The notes beneath the pieces are model-generated. The model was given only the letters and a program-made list of their open reading frames with translations. It did no database searches and was not told the origin of the DNA. A stretch of 64,000 bases of DNA from Utricularia gibba (lineage: Eukaryota > Plantae > Magnoliophyta), in assembly GCA_002189035.1 (NCBI GenBank), contig NEEC01000008.1, forward strand, positions 2,356,001 through 2,420,000, read 5' to 3'. The position numbers were made by a program, and so were the translations under genes. This document shows, piece after piece, positions 39,648 through 56,312 of the stretch (positions are counted from its first letter, which is position 1; every line of letters begins with the position of its first letter).

Positions 39648-41220
39648 CTCTCAGTATCTCTGGGTTAAAAACAATGATCTTCAACATCCAAAACATTGAA
39701 GAAAAGGAGATGATTAGGTACATCCAACAACAACGCGAACACTGATAGCTTGTACTTAAGTGCTGAAGGAATACATCATTCATAGCGAGAGTGTCCACCC
39801 AGGAAAACGGAACTTGGAAGATATAATAAATGCAGAGTGAAAGTTGAAACAGTTGAACTTCTAAAACTAGAGGTTCCCTTCATGCACCCAAGTAAATCGA
39901 CAAAACTGCAACAAATTTCTGCAGGACGATCCAGGGAAACAGATCTGAATCGAAACCCAACTAAGGAAATGCATTCTGAGGGATGATCCGCCTTTTCTTG
40001 CACCCCGAAGCATTGCTGGGGTAAAGGATACCACTACAATGTTTGAAATGAAACAAGAATTCACAAGAAACGCTGCTAAAAACCGTACCTTCGTTGCCAA
40101 CCGGAAAATGGGTTTTGCCGCTTGGAATGTGCAGTCAGTTCTCCCTCACACACAGACAGACAGCGGGTGGCAACAGACTCTTGTCTGTTGATGTGCGGAG
40201 CCATGAAATCGAGTTCAGGTTAAATAAGGCTTCTCCGTGAGATCTGGGCCGTCGATTTCGCTCTCAATCTTCGCCAAGGGTAGGCATTGGCCAGCGGATG
40301 TGGCCCGGCCCCGCCGCCCCTGACAGCACAGCATCTTGGCAGGCGTCAACATTTTGGACATTTTTTTTTAAAAATGATTCAATGTATTTTATAATTCGAT
40401 TAACGGCTTTGGATTATTTTAAATTAAAAATAATATAATTATAACAAAAATAATCTTTTGGTTTAGGGTTTAGGCCCATTAATACCTAATTATGAAATCA
40501 AATTAGCATCCAAACCGGTTTCGGGTTGCAAAAATCACCTGGACCGGACAGTCGGTCCGGCCCATATCTGAAGACGCTATGAAAGGGGTGAAACTGGAAG
40601 GTACAAGCTTGATTTTTTATCGGCTTATCATGAAGAGAATATCCGAATGGAACGGAGACCAAGCATTTGGATCCGAAGCGGCGGTTTCTCATTTTGATGG
40701 CTGCTACCCGGGGCCATTCTCACTTTCCTGCCTGCGCAAGCTTGCGTTATTGAAGTTTCAACTACAGTCATCCCTCATCTTCTCATCAATCTAAGATCTT
40801 GGAACAGAACATAGAAAAAGGAGGGAGCCCCATCATTATGCTAACAGCAGCAGTTTTCGTTTCTTCTGCAAAATGATGATTGAAAAGCTGGGACATTTAT
40901 ATGAATGAACATTTTGCAGTGTTTGGTGTGTAACATGGTTAAAACTTTTGATCCACTGTTGGGTTAAGAACACGTTACAAGAGCCCAGCATGCGAATGGC
41001 AGAACTTGTATCAGTCAGACAGTCACAGAATTAGGTGTCCTGGGCAGTTAGTTCCACAGACCCCAAGGACGGTGGTTAGGTACAACGTAGGCTATTCACC
41101 CTATTTTCAATTCTTCCTTTCTTTCTACCCGGTACTTGGTTGTTCGACGTACTTGTGTACAGTACACTATTACAGAGAAGGGTGTTTTTGCTCGCTTTTC
41201 AGTTGCTCTTCGTCTCCGAA

Positions 41221-42873
41221 ATGCCTTCTATGGCGTGCTGCTTAGTTTCGTTTCGAACCCAGTTGCGCTGTTGCGATGGGCTTTCATCATTGACCCCAAT
41301 TTATACACCGTCCCTGGCAATTGATAATTACATCAGGAGGAAAATTCCCAGTTCGAAATCTGTGGGATTGGAACGTGGGCGAAGAAAATTTAGGAGGAAA
41401 TGTTGGGCAATGGTACGACAAGGGGTTCAAGGGCCCTCGGCTGCTTATGCACGAGAAATGGAAAGGCTTTCTGCGAAGGAATCTTTGCTTGTAGCTGTAA
41501 GCAAGTTTTTCTTTCGTTGTCTTTAGAATTGTATGGGATTTCTGTTCATTACTCTTGTTTCAGTTCAAAGATGCTGGTGGATTTGAGGCATTGGTTGCTG
41601 GGAAAACAACAGACTTGCAGCTAATCGATGTTAATGAACGAATCGTTGCCCTTGAGAGGCTCAATCCTACATCAAGACCAACAACGTACTCGCTTTTACT
41701 TGTCTGGCATAATATGCGCTTGCTCTATCTTCGAATCTTCATTGAGATTTGTACCTTCCAATTTTTCTAAAAATGAAAATCAAGGGTAGAATTTTGGGCT
41801 TGTAGATATGTGCATTCCATTTTCAGTTTTGTAAAAACCCGTGGTGATCATCTTCCTTCCCAGGTCGCCTTATCTTGAAGGAAAATGGAATTTTGAGTGG
41901 TTTGGAACAGGAAGCCCCGGCCTTTTTGCTGCTCGGTTCTTGTTTCAGTAAGTCTTCAACTTTTTGTTTGATTATCCTGTTGCAAGGTACTGGTAATGCC
42001 TTCTCCTATGCATGTCTATAGGTGATTTAACTATACTCAAAGTTATGTGGTAGTTGATGAGCTTATGCAGTTTGATATTTGTGAACCGTGTCTTGCAGGA
42101 GGTTTCCTCGAGAATTGGCCACATTGCTGAAAATGGATGTGGTTATAAAAGATGGATATGCATACATTGCAGCCAGTGTCCAGCTCTTGAATTCTGTAAG
42201 GATACCATCACCCCTCTGCTTTTCTTGCTGTCACCCGTGACTAATGTAGCTGCTGAAGTTCAGATTAAAAGCAGCATCAAGGTTTCCACCAAGTTCTCAG
42301 TAGAGGGGCCGCTCAGAATGAAGGAAGAATACATCGAAGGGGTAATCGAGTCGCCCAAAGTCAGTGAAGAAAACATTCCTGAGCAGCTAAAGGGCGCTTA
42401 TGACCAGGCATCTACGTCATTGCAGCAGCTTTCTGCTCCCATTAGAGATGCTGTTGCAGGTGGACTCAGGATCCCGCTTGGTGAGTTTTCTCTTGTTTCC
42501 CTTCCTCTCTTTCATGGCATCGAGTTGAATGATACTGTAAAGCCTCTAAGCCTGTTGTCATTTCTGAAGGATTCCTCTTAGCTCTAGTTTTGTTTCTGGT
42601 TTTTCAGGTGGGACATTTGAGAGATTGTTTTTCATAACTTACCTGGACGATGAGATCCTTGTGAGTTTACTTACAATCCCTTAAGTAGTTTGGTCTGAGC
42701 TCACCTCACTGTTACATATCACATTATCCTGTCTGATCCTGGTTTTTCTGGTTCGTGTCTGAACGTAGGTGATTAGAGACGTTGCCGGAGTACCCGAAGT
42801 TCTGACGAGGCTGGATCCTGGACCGTCACCTGTTGGTGTCGTCGAGCCACTTTCTACTGAGTATGAAAGCTGA
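41221..42873 (+). CDS. Plastid-lipid-associated protein / fibrillin (FBN7/PAP13-like)
   Basis: Seven exons: 41221-41496, 41564-41685, 41864-41947, 42099-42195, 42264-42480, 42608-42660 and 42769-42873. YAREMERLSAKESLL, DVNERIVALERLNPT, EGPLRMKEEY, TYLDDEIL. The start could alternatively be the ATG at 41230. Confidence 0.9.
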
Positions 42874-43506
42874 GAGGATGTTCAAATCAAGTGGCAAAAG
42901 GCAATCAAGGAATTTCTTGGCTGCTGCTGATTCTTTTCTGGATGCTCATTTGCTACCAACGCCCTTCTTCTTCACTGTATCAATCTGTAAAACACTGTTC
43001 ATAATATTTGGTTAAGGTGATGGTGGATCATACAGCCGGCGACCTGGGACGTTTTTGTGGCAGCAGAAATAGCAATAAATGGCGAGCCGACAGGAATAAC
43101 GAACACTTTCATGTCCTACAACAGTACCAACATTTCAACCAACTAGTTAGTGGAATTCCTGTCTTTCTCAGGCAGCGATCACCGAAGTAGAGGACCCTGT
43201 TATTTCACAGTAGACAAACGGCCATGTTGAAGTGACAGTGAAGAAATATTCCACCGATCAGGAAAGATCAGATATAGCTGTCTCTGTTTTGCGTGCAGCA
43301 GAAATATAAGATATGAGGTGCAGAGTTTGTCATCAGGAGATGACCAAGACACCGCAGGGCTTGGAGAGCATCAATCAACAGATGCTCAGCCTTACGGCCA
43401 ACCGACGGGAAACATCATCTTCACATCCTCGGACATCCACTTTCTCCCTGTAAAGTCTCAACCCTGACTGAGCAAAACAAGTGCATCCACCAGAGTAGTA
43501 CAGCAG

Positions 43507-44883
43507 CTACCTCATGGACATCAAGGTCCTTACCCTTTTCTCCCTCCCTGCCTCCTTAGCAGAAGGTGTTCTCTTCAGTTTACGAAGCTCCTCCATAACC
43601 AGCTTTTCCACTGAGTTGATGTTGTTGAGGAGCTTCTTTTGTGGAGTGACGAGTTGTGATTCTTCGCCTCTGCTGTTTGTGATATTGAGTAATATCAAAG
43701 GGATTTTGCCGATGGTGGGGCGACAGCATTTGAGTAGCAAGGTTGGGTGTGGTGACATCTTGGAAACGTCTTGCTCAAGTTGCACATTGAACATGGACGT
43801 GGAAGGATTAGAAGGGATTTGTTCCTGAGGGATTGGGCTCTCACTTACTTGGCCTTCATTACTTCTTTGACGCGCCCTTCTTCTCTCTATTGCCTGGAAG
43901 TTTCAAGATAAGTCTAAAAAACGAGTCAAAAACACGTCTCTATTGCCGGTAGTGTTAACAATGTTAACTTCCTAGTTGCATCAAAATGATAACCTCTCTC
44001 ATTTGTGCCTAGTTTTGACTTTTCACCAATACTCAAGGCACTCACGTATCCTTCTAAACTGAAACCGACCTAGTACAAGCAGCAAAGATCACATCTCAAA
44101 ATACATAGCAGAGAGAAATCAAAGAAGGCCGGCATTAGTCTAGCCAGATCCCTTCTGAAACTAACGATTCTTCACTAATTCCCCCAACGCATTACTTTAT
44201 AGGATCGTGGAGCAAAACAAATTCACTACAAACAGCATGCCTCAAGTATAGGAATAACAAAAGGAAAACACTGAAAAATACAGTAGCAAATCAAGTAATA
44301 CTGTCAGAAAATCAACTACTTAAAATAAACCAGTTTTGAGATTCTGCGACAGTACTAGAAATGCGTTACACGCTGTCTAGCGCAAAAACAAATCTAGTTT
44401 TGAGGTGCAGTGGTCAAATTCGCAAAACTGACTCTCTTAAATGAAGGAAACTTAATCACGCAAGCCTAAAAATCTTAAATAACTAAATAGAAGGATCAAA
44501 ATGCAAGCTAAAAATGTAAGTATTACCTTTACTACAGAGGTAATATCATTGAGAGGCCTTCTAGGATACCATGTTGGCAAAACGTTGACATGATCCCGAG
44601 ATGAATCCGTCAATGGTGGCAAGTTTTCACGGCCAGTCATTGCATCACCGCGCACAACTCTCGTACTCCTAAACGTCATTATTCCTACTGGTCTAGGAGT
44701 ACCCACCATCGCAGTACTTCTCCATCGAAATGGAATTCTGCTAGATTGCTCTTCGTCTTTCAGAACAAAGGGTATCAAACTTCCCCCACCGATACTTGTA
44801 CCCGTATTTCTTGAAAAGCGTCTGAGAATATAATAACCTACGGAATCATCGGGCCTTGATAAACGATCTCGTCCCTCCACCAT
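43507..44883 (-). CDS. UVI4: APC/C inhibitor of the UVI4/POLYCHOME-GIG1/OSD1 family
   Basis: Exons 44883-44527 and 43893-43507. GRENLP motif, LPTWYPRRPLNDIT (D-box), AIERRRAR, TPQKKLLN and the C-terminal REKRVRTLMSMR* (MR tail). UVI4 versus OSD1 orthology cannot be resolved here. Confidence 0.9.
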
Positions 44884-46055
44884 CGCATTGAAGCTCAAAG
44901 CTAAATTTACACCGTAAATTCATTAGCCAAGCACTACATTCACCGGAACGAATTCAACCGAGAAGCAATCAATCATGCACAAAAAAGGACAATTGAATTC
45001 AATGACTTCCGCATTCCACAACACATGCAATCGACTCCGCCTACAAGACATGAACCCGTGCGGCGAAAAATACACTGGAAAACAAAACGAAGTAAGAGTT
45101 ACCTAAATTCTTGAAGATTCACCGAATAGAATCAGAGATTCGGATAAGGATAACAACAAAGCCCGGCGGAGTTACCGAGTTCCGGAAGGAGATTCTTAGA
45201 AAGCGGGAATTGGCAAGCTTATACGCACAACCCAATCTCATGTTCAGGTGGTGCGCGGGATCCGCCACACCAAAATTTGGGATTCAAATTTTTCACCACT
45301 GCACGGTGCCCAGCATACACGAAATTACTACTTTACCCATCCCTCCGACCAGCCTCCGATGATACCTTAGTCCGATTTGACTTGACCCGAAATAGATTCA
45401 TGGATCTGGACCCGAATATAAATGGATGATATCATATTCAGATTTAGTTTATTTAGATAGCCGACTATACCATGATGAAACTCGAAATCCGACCTGGTTA
45501 ACCCATTACCCCGATTATGAATCGGGTCGGGTGGGGGAGTCAACGTTGGCGAACAACCAAGCATGTGTCATCGGGAAGTATCGGTCCGACACGGTGATTG
45601 AGTTGCGTGGCACTTGGAACATGCGTTCAAATTTGGTAATTTAAAATAATTTCCGTTCCTGGCAGGCACCGCCGGTATGTTCCCGTTTTGCACGTTTCCT
45701 GGTTTTGGAATTCAGGAAAGAAACCAATTCATCATGGATACGGTGCTTCATTATGGGCTGGTCCCAGCCAAACATCCACATCAGCCAGCCCAGATATTTT
45801 TCACGTGAGTCAAATCCGAAATTGAGATATATTATTATTAAAATCAACTTATGTCATTTTTATATTCAATTACTAATATATTTAAATTATTTGTTTATAA
45901 ATAAAATAATATTATAATTGATAAATATGTTTACAATAAAAAATAAATGACATTTAAAAAAACTAATACACGGAAACATTTTTAAAAAATGTGATTGGAA
46001 CACTTACGTGTTATGAACCACGTATGTATTAAATATTATGTATGTCAAATAAAGG

Positions 46056-46115
46056 TAACTTTCAGCATACGTGTGTTTTAAATTATAACTTCAGCATATG
46101 TGTGTTTTTAAATTA
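46056..46115. repeat. 30-bp imperfect tandem duplication
   Basis: taactttcagcatacgtgtgttttaaatta followed by taacttcagcatatgtgtgtttttaaatta. Confidence 0.8.
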
Positions 46116-46722
46116 GTTTTCTAAAATAATATTTAATTTTTTTTAAATAATAAATTGATAATGTCTAATAATAAAATGGTTTCTCTAATAATTTTTCATA
46201 AGTAAAGACCATTGGAAAAAGACTATTTGCAATTTAATTTTTGTAGAGTAAAAGCAGTTGAAGTTTTTTGTTTGTATATGATTTTATATAATAATATATT
46301 ATTGTAAATATTAAATATGTCAACATAAATAATAAATGTATATCCCCATCGTATGTATCCCAATTGGACTGTGTTTGCCCCCGTTTCTCGTTGAGTGGCT
46401 GTCACCTCCCGTGTCCGTTGAAAAGTCGGACCCCATGTGCGGCGGAGCTGCTGTCGTGTTAGAGAAAAACAATTTGTGGTCGCCGCCGGAATTGAGTCTG
46501 AATCCCCCTGTCGGCCCCAGAAGAATTTTATTCCACAGAAGGATAAAGATGCACAAACGGATTGGTCAACTGGACAGCGAAAGTAGTAGCATCCACGAAC
46601 CCCCGGAATGGTGGCTATAAATATCTCCGATCAGATGGACACAGCATCATCACTGCAAAGCACTTGTAAACCCAACTTCATCTCTTTCACGTCATCACCT
46701 TCTCCGGCCTCGATCAAGGAAA

Positions 46723-48510
46723 ATGGATCCCACTAATCCATCCAAAGCCGAAGAGGTCGCTTCCAAGAAGAAATCCCGCAAGCGCACGATCATCATCTCC
46801 GTTGCTTTGGTCGTGCTCGTGCTTCTAGTCGTCGGGATCGTCACCGGAACGTTGGTCAGCAGAAGGAACAATCGGCGTTCCGGCGGCAGGCCCTCGGCGG
46901 CGGCGGTTACAACCATATGCAGCCTTACCCAGCACCGAGATGAATGTATCGCGACCTTGAGCTCTGCTAACACCTCCGATCCCGTGAGAATCTTCAGGTT
47001 TTCGTTGTCTGTGGCGTTGGGTGCTCTGAGGAGCCTCAACAACTTTCCAAATGACTACAGCAGTCGACACGGGGACGCGTCGAGGGTGCGAGACGCATTG
47101 GGTGTCTGCGGAACTGTGCTGAACCACTCCATCGAGACGTTAAACGACACCGTCACGGCCATGGATATCAGGAATGGGCAGAACTTGCTTACGCCGCAGA
47201 GAATTGAGGATCTGAGGACATGGCTGAGCACTGTCATTACAAATCAGCAAACCTGCCTGGATGCGCTGGAGGAAGTGAACGCTACTTTCGTGGATGAAAT
47301 CAGGCAATTGACTAGGAACGCCACTGTGTTTACAAGCAACAGTTTGGCGATTGTTTCGAGAATTATCGGAGCTTTGACCGAAGTCAGGATTCCGACAAAT
47401 AGGCGGCTGTTGAGCTCCAACGATGGGTTCCCTTCTTGGCTCTCTACTGGGGATCGGCGTCTCTTGCAATCCACGCGACCCACGCCGAACGTGGTTGTGG
47501 CTCGTGACGGCAGCGGAGACGTTACGACCATCGCCGCCGCCGTGCAGAGGATCCCCGGAATAGCAACAGCCGCTTTGTCATCTACGTGAGGGCGGGTGTT
47601 TATGTCGAAAATGTCCAAATTCCAAGCAATCTATGGAACGTCATGATTTACGGCGACAGCAGCACCACCACCACCATTTCCGGCAGCCTGAACTTCGTCG
47701 ATGGCACCCCAACATTCCAAACGGCTACTGTTGGTACGCTTTATTTTCATTTTTATTTTTTTTATATATTTCTAAACGACGACAAAACGCCGTTTCCTTG
47801 TCGGAATGAATGATACGGGTCCCATTTTGACAGCTGTGGTTGGGCAATCGTTCATGGCGCGTGACATCGGGTTCCGGAACAGCGCCGGAGCAGCGAAGCA
47901 TCAGGCGGTGGCGCTCCGATCAGGCTCCGACCTCTCAGTTTTCTACCGCTGCTATTTCGACGGTTTCCAGGACACGCTCTACGCCCACTCCAACCGTCAG
48001 TTCTACCGCGAATGCACCATCACCGGCACAATCGACTTCATTTTCGGAAACTCCGCCGTCGTCTTCCAAAACTGCAACATCCGTCCACGCCAGCCGATGT
48101 CTAATCAATTCAACACAATCACAGCACAAGGGAAGACGGATCCGAACCAGAACACCGGAATTTCGATCCAACGCGCCGTAGTGAGCCCCCTGAACACTGT
48201 GACAGCGCAGACGTATCTGGGTCGCCCATGGCAGCCGTACTCCACCACCGTGTTCATGCAATCCAACTTGGGCGGGTTCATCAACTCACAGGGCTGGACT
48301 CCATGGACCCCCGGTGTGATTCCACCTGGCACTATTTTCTACGGCGAGTATCAGAATACCGGAGCTGGGGCGGGTACCGGAAGTCGGGTCAACTGGCCCG
48401 GAGTCCATAGCAGCCTCACAGCATCGCAAGCCTCTCAGTACAACGTGGCGAACTTCATCCGCGGCGGAAACTGGTTGCCGGCGACAGGGGTGGCCTTCGA
48501 TTCAACCTAA
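46723..48510 (+). CDS. PME: Pectin methylesterase with PMEI pro-domain (AtPME1-like), with a -1 frameshift as assembled
   Basis: Exons 46723-47733 and 47834-48510. TM anchor, PMEI domain (WLSTVITNQQTCLD), two RRLL processing motifs and catalytic motifs QAVALR, FQDTLY, GTIDFIFG, YLGRPW. The frame breaks at CCCC 47553-47556. Confidence 0.9.
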
Positions 48511-49410
48511 GTAAATTGAGCTTATAGGGGGTGGTATTTTTAATTTTTTATATGAAACATGAGAATGTCCTATACTTGTCACATACTTCGATTCTTGCGA
48601 ATTATACTATAGTTTTTGTGTGCTATGTAAATGTAGTGTTCTTGAGGTATGGTTTTTATTGATGTGTGATCAAAATCATCTTTGGATATGGTTTCTAATT
48701 CAATGTGATACAAAAATTTAAAAATCAATTATATCATATAAATAATTAATGTATATTATTGGTGCAATTATTTCATTACATTATGTTTGACATCCAAATA
48801 AAGATGAGATTGAGGGAATTTTGATATTTATCTTGAGCTACACCCTTCTTCCTTACTTAATATTAAATATCAAATACAATCATAATTCTATTAATTAAAT
48901 TATATATAAAAATTAATTGTTTCACATTATCTTTAACTAAATTCAAATAGATTTATTTTTCTTATATTACTCCCAATAAAAAGTATCATTTACAAAAATG
49001 ATCATCATTCTATTCTATATCACACATTAAATTAAAAATTTTTAATTGATGATGACTATTTTTTTCACACACTTTGCCATATTTATAATACACCCCTAAA
49101 AAAACACCAAAAATACCACTTTTGGACAACTTTATTGAGTAATAACGTTGTTCTTCGTTCACTCTTATAATCTATTTGGAGTAGCACATAAATAAATTGA
49201 CTTTAAAGTAATTACCAGAATAAAGTCATTTCTAAATTAAGTATAGTTGTACGGTCCAAATCGAACACTCTGGAATGATAATTAAATATCCGATAACGTC
49301 CCTAATTTCTAATTGTCAAATGGGAACGTGGTTTTGAATCCGGTGGACGGAGATCCACGGTAAAGTTTGGGTCTCTGTTTCTTTTTTTTAGTCCCTCTCT
49401 CTCCCTCTGG

Positions 49411-52537
<3,127 letters not shown>

Positions 52538-54119
52538 TCGACTTCTCGGCATTCCCCCTACTATGTGTTGTATGTGGCATATAGAGAGTCCTCTATCCTT
52601 CTCGAAACCTTACTCAAGTCTTGTTGCCTATGTCTCGTCTCCTGTTATGCTTTCCGGCAAGCTGACAACTTAAACCTTCTGAATGAGGTCAGGAGCTTCG
52701 CAATGTCTGAATAATCAATGGAACTCTGTTTTGTTTTATGTGTTTGTTGAAACCGGCGAGGCAAGCAGGCGTGCTATAGTTTGGATTTCTTCTCTTTTAA
52801 AGTAAAGGAGAAGGTGAAGATATAGTCAACAATCACGAAGGATTCGGCACACTGAAGGCCTTTGACACCCAGCTGCTGAAGAGGAGTATTATACAAGGGG
52901 AAACCTTGGCGATATCATCCCGAGCATCAAATAGGAAAGAGTCAGGAGTCTCTGTTTCATAGGTGAATGATGACTGGTTCGACATACGAAACCCACAATT
53001 CAAAGTTAAAATAAACAATTCTTGGATTCCTTTTGCAATAATGCTATAATCATAATGTATTAATAATTAATATGTGAATAATATGTTTAAATAATATTTT
53101 TTATATAAAACTATTAATTTATTAATAAAATACTTTGTAAATCAAATTATAAATTCAAACATTTAAGAACTTATGCTTTGAATACCTTATGTAATTCATT
53201 AATAAATTACATCCGAATGAAAAAAAATGCAACTTAAAAAAATATTTCTCTCTCAAAAATACGCATCCAGTATCTCAATAACACACTACTTATTGGCCAA
53301 TCAGCCCACTATCTCTTGGTTTTTAATACGTATTATATTTAAATATTATTTATTAAATACGTATTTAATACCAAAAAATGATTTTTTTTTGTATGGTAGG
53401 TGACAACAGTGAACTGCAGAGGATTCGAATGACATTTCCATTTTGATGATCAGCTCTGCAGCCTTTTTGGGTTTGTTTGGACCCATGGCGTCCCCCCACC
53501 CCCCTTCCTTCCCCTTCTTTATATGGATCTGCGAAGAACGTGCGTTGCGCCCCGTCTTGCCTGCTGGTGACTTGAAATCCATTAAAAAGTAGAATACAAA
53601 TCTTGGTGTATCTTGTTGCTTATCGTTTTCTCCCTTTGCGTGAATCGCAGATTTTGGATTTGCTTTTGGGTACACGACAAATACATCGATTCCTCAGAAA
53701 TCATGAACCTTTTTTTCTTCCCACGTTTTGAATTCCTCTCCCAGCTGCCTCTGCAGGACTGTTTCTCTGGTCCTGTCCATCCACCACCTTCACCTTGGGA
53801 CAAAAAACACTGCTCATTTGCCATTCGCATCGCATTATTTGCTTCATTTAATAATTTGACTGTCATGGCATTCAAATGTTTTAATTTTTTTACTGCGGTG
53901 GTAGTAGTAACTGATATTTATTTGATGGCTTTTTATCTGAGGGTAGATTCTTGTTGCTTCTAAAGAAGCTTTTGGGTTTGTTTATACTGGTCATGATGTC
54001 CCTTACGAATGTTGAAAGGGTGATTTTTACTGTGATTATGCAATGGAAGGGTGTCATAGCATAATTCTTTGAGAACACAGAATAGAAGGTAGCAAGGCCA
54101 AACCATTGGTTCTTTGGGT

Positions 54120-56138
54120 CTAGAGATTCTGATTGTTACATGGGAAACAAGTGCACGCTTTTTGACCTGAGATGTGCGTTAAACTATTGTTCCTCTTCAT
54201 CATCACTCTCTTTCCAACTCTTCTGATCTGTTCAGAATGCTGGAACTGGGCCGTTGCTCTCCATTCTTCAGCTTTCCGGTACACATCCGCCATTTTCTTC
54301 ATCAGTTTTTCCTCCAAATTGGATCTCATTTTCTCAATCTTCACCTGCAAAACCATGTGAAGCTAACTTGTGAGTAGAGGCCTCACATTCCAAACTTCAT
54401 CAAAAATTGAAATGCCAAAACAGATATTTAGACAGGAGACTGGCTGATGGAGCATAGAAAGTGTTTACGAATTCACATGCTCTGCTGATTCTGGAACAGT
54501 AATTGTTGCATAAACTGATGGTAGAAGGGGACTGACTGGTGACTAGTGATACCAAAGGACCCATAAGTATTCTTGACCAGCTCGCAGTTCAATGAGATGA
54601 AGACAAAATTAATAACCTCTGCCAAAATCCCAGGTGTTTAGTGAATTCAGATTCACCATCTTGGGTTTTACCTCTTATTTGTCAGATTGAATGTAAGCGA
54701 AATAGATAGGAAAGGAAAGGTTAAAAGGTTGCGTTTTATTTTCCCTCAGGTATGTGTGTGTGTATGAACTTTTTTTTTAGCTTCGCAAAGGATGATGGTG
54801 TGTATATTCCTACCTCGAGCTTTCTTGACTGAGCTTCAGCTTTTGCACTCTGTAGATTCACCCAAGCTTGAATCCTTGCCTCTTCTCTTTGGTACCTGCA
54901 AATCATTGCATTTCAAACATGGTAAATCAGGCAGGGCCCATTAGTTTGGTTACGCAGTTGCAGAAATTACCTGAGGCAGCTTTTGGATTTCTCCTCCTCA
55001 TCCCACCAGCAACATCTAGACTCAGAAAGGCTCTTGCACCCTTCATTCACTTCGCAATGCCTCAAGCTCTTGGAAACATCCTCTTCCTCTTCTTCCCTTG
55101 TGCTCCAATTAGAAGGGACTAAATCAAACTGTGTCCCACCAAGGTTCAACTTGGCCAAATGACATTCTTGCAGTTGTTTAATATCAAACATTGTGTTTGA
55201 GTAATCAATCCCGGCAAGAGCTAATGGACCAGAGCGATCTGCCGGAGTGTTGTGCCTTGCAGGGGAGGTGCTCTTGAACGGAGTTGTGCATCTTGTAGTT
55301 GTGGAACTCCCAAGAGGAGTCATCTCTGTACCAATATCCCTGGATTCCACCGTATGCGGATCTGGAGTGTCCTGGTTTATTAACTTTCTGAGAGAATTAT
55401 CAAACACAAGACCCTTTTGCATTTGCTCGGAACATCCACCGAGCTTGGGGCTCTTTGTCATTTTCATCTCATCCGTCAGCTTGTCTGTAATGGCTACACC
55501 AGTTACTTACTGTTAAGAAACTCGACCAAATTCAGCAGAATATCGGAACTGCAGAAGATGAAGCTCATTTGTTACCTTTGAGAACCACATCCGCTGTAGC
55601 TGAAACTGAAAATGAGCCACCATAGCCGCTGTTAGTTGCTGAGCTCTGTCCCTCAGAAACATTTGTTTGTGTGGTGGGGTTGCACTCAGTGCACTGCTGC
55701 TGCTTCTGGACAAGTCTAGAAGAAGAATAAATGGGTCTCAAGAATCCCGCACCATTGCTACTGTTAACAGGGGAGTCCACGAAGTAACTCCCATTAGCCA
55801 GCCATTTCTCTGCATCATCCCACTTCGAAGGATACGCATTCTTTCTGGGAAAATTTCCAGTGCTGAATCTGAAAACAGGCCTTCCAGGAGTAGGGGGAGC
55901 TTCAATCATGAAGCTCTTCCTATCCTTGAAGTTGAGTTTGCATGGTGAATCAGGGAAGGAATCCAAGAATGGATTCCTTGAACCACCCGTTTTCCCAGTG
56001 CCATCTCTCTACACAAAAAACAAAAAGCAGAAGGCACCCAAGTGAGATTCGCGAGCAGAACTCATGGAGAAAAAACGCAACCTTTACCTCGTCCTCCGGT
56101 GAAAACAGTGGTGCGTGCTTCAACAAGTCATGCTCCAT
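54120..56138 (-). CDS. Remorin family protein with long N-terminus (At1g53860-like)
   Basis: Exons 56138-56088, 56008-55576, 55484-54971, 54895-54814 and 54344-54120. PPTPGRPVFRF, PSKWDDAEKW, RDIGTEMTP, SPARHNTP and the remorin C-domain YQREEARIQAWVNLQSAKAEAQSRKLEVKIEKMRS. Confidence 0.92.
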
Positions 56139-56281
56139 CTCTCTGTGGAGTGAAATGGCGCAAAAAATCACTAGCCTGGGTGATTCTCAGATCAAACAAC
56201 GGCGCGCCTGAACCCAAAACCGCCGGCCCAGAGATGCGATGACTGATGGAAATGAAAGGAGGGGAAGAGTGAAGCGACAAC

Positions 56282-56312
56282 GAGAGAGGGAGAGGGAGAG
56301 AGAGAGAGAGAG
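56282..56312. repeat. (GA)n tract (CT-rich on the sense strand) in the remorin leader/promoter
   Basis: Seen directly in the sequence, about 150 nt upstream of the remorin ATG. Confidence 0.85.

Noticed and set aside
45360-45620. ACCCGA/TCGGGT-rich stretch resembling transposon subterminal repeats
   Set aside because: I could not define terminal inverted repeats or a target-site duplication, so it is too weak to call.
53324-53370. Two ACGT-centred palindromes (12 bp and a perfect 20 bp, TATTAAATACGTATTTAATA)
   Set aside because: They lie in very AT-rich DNA where such palindromes arise readily, and there is no other supporting context.
53400-54110. Non-coding block with several weak ORFs between AlaAT and remorin
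   Set aside because: No recognisable product. It is most simply explained as the remorin 3' UTR and terminator region.
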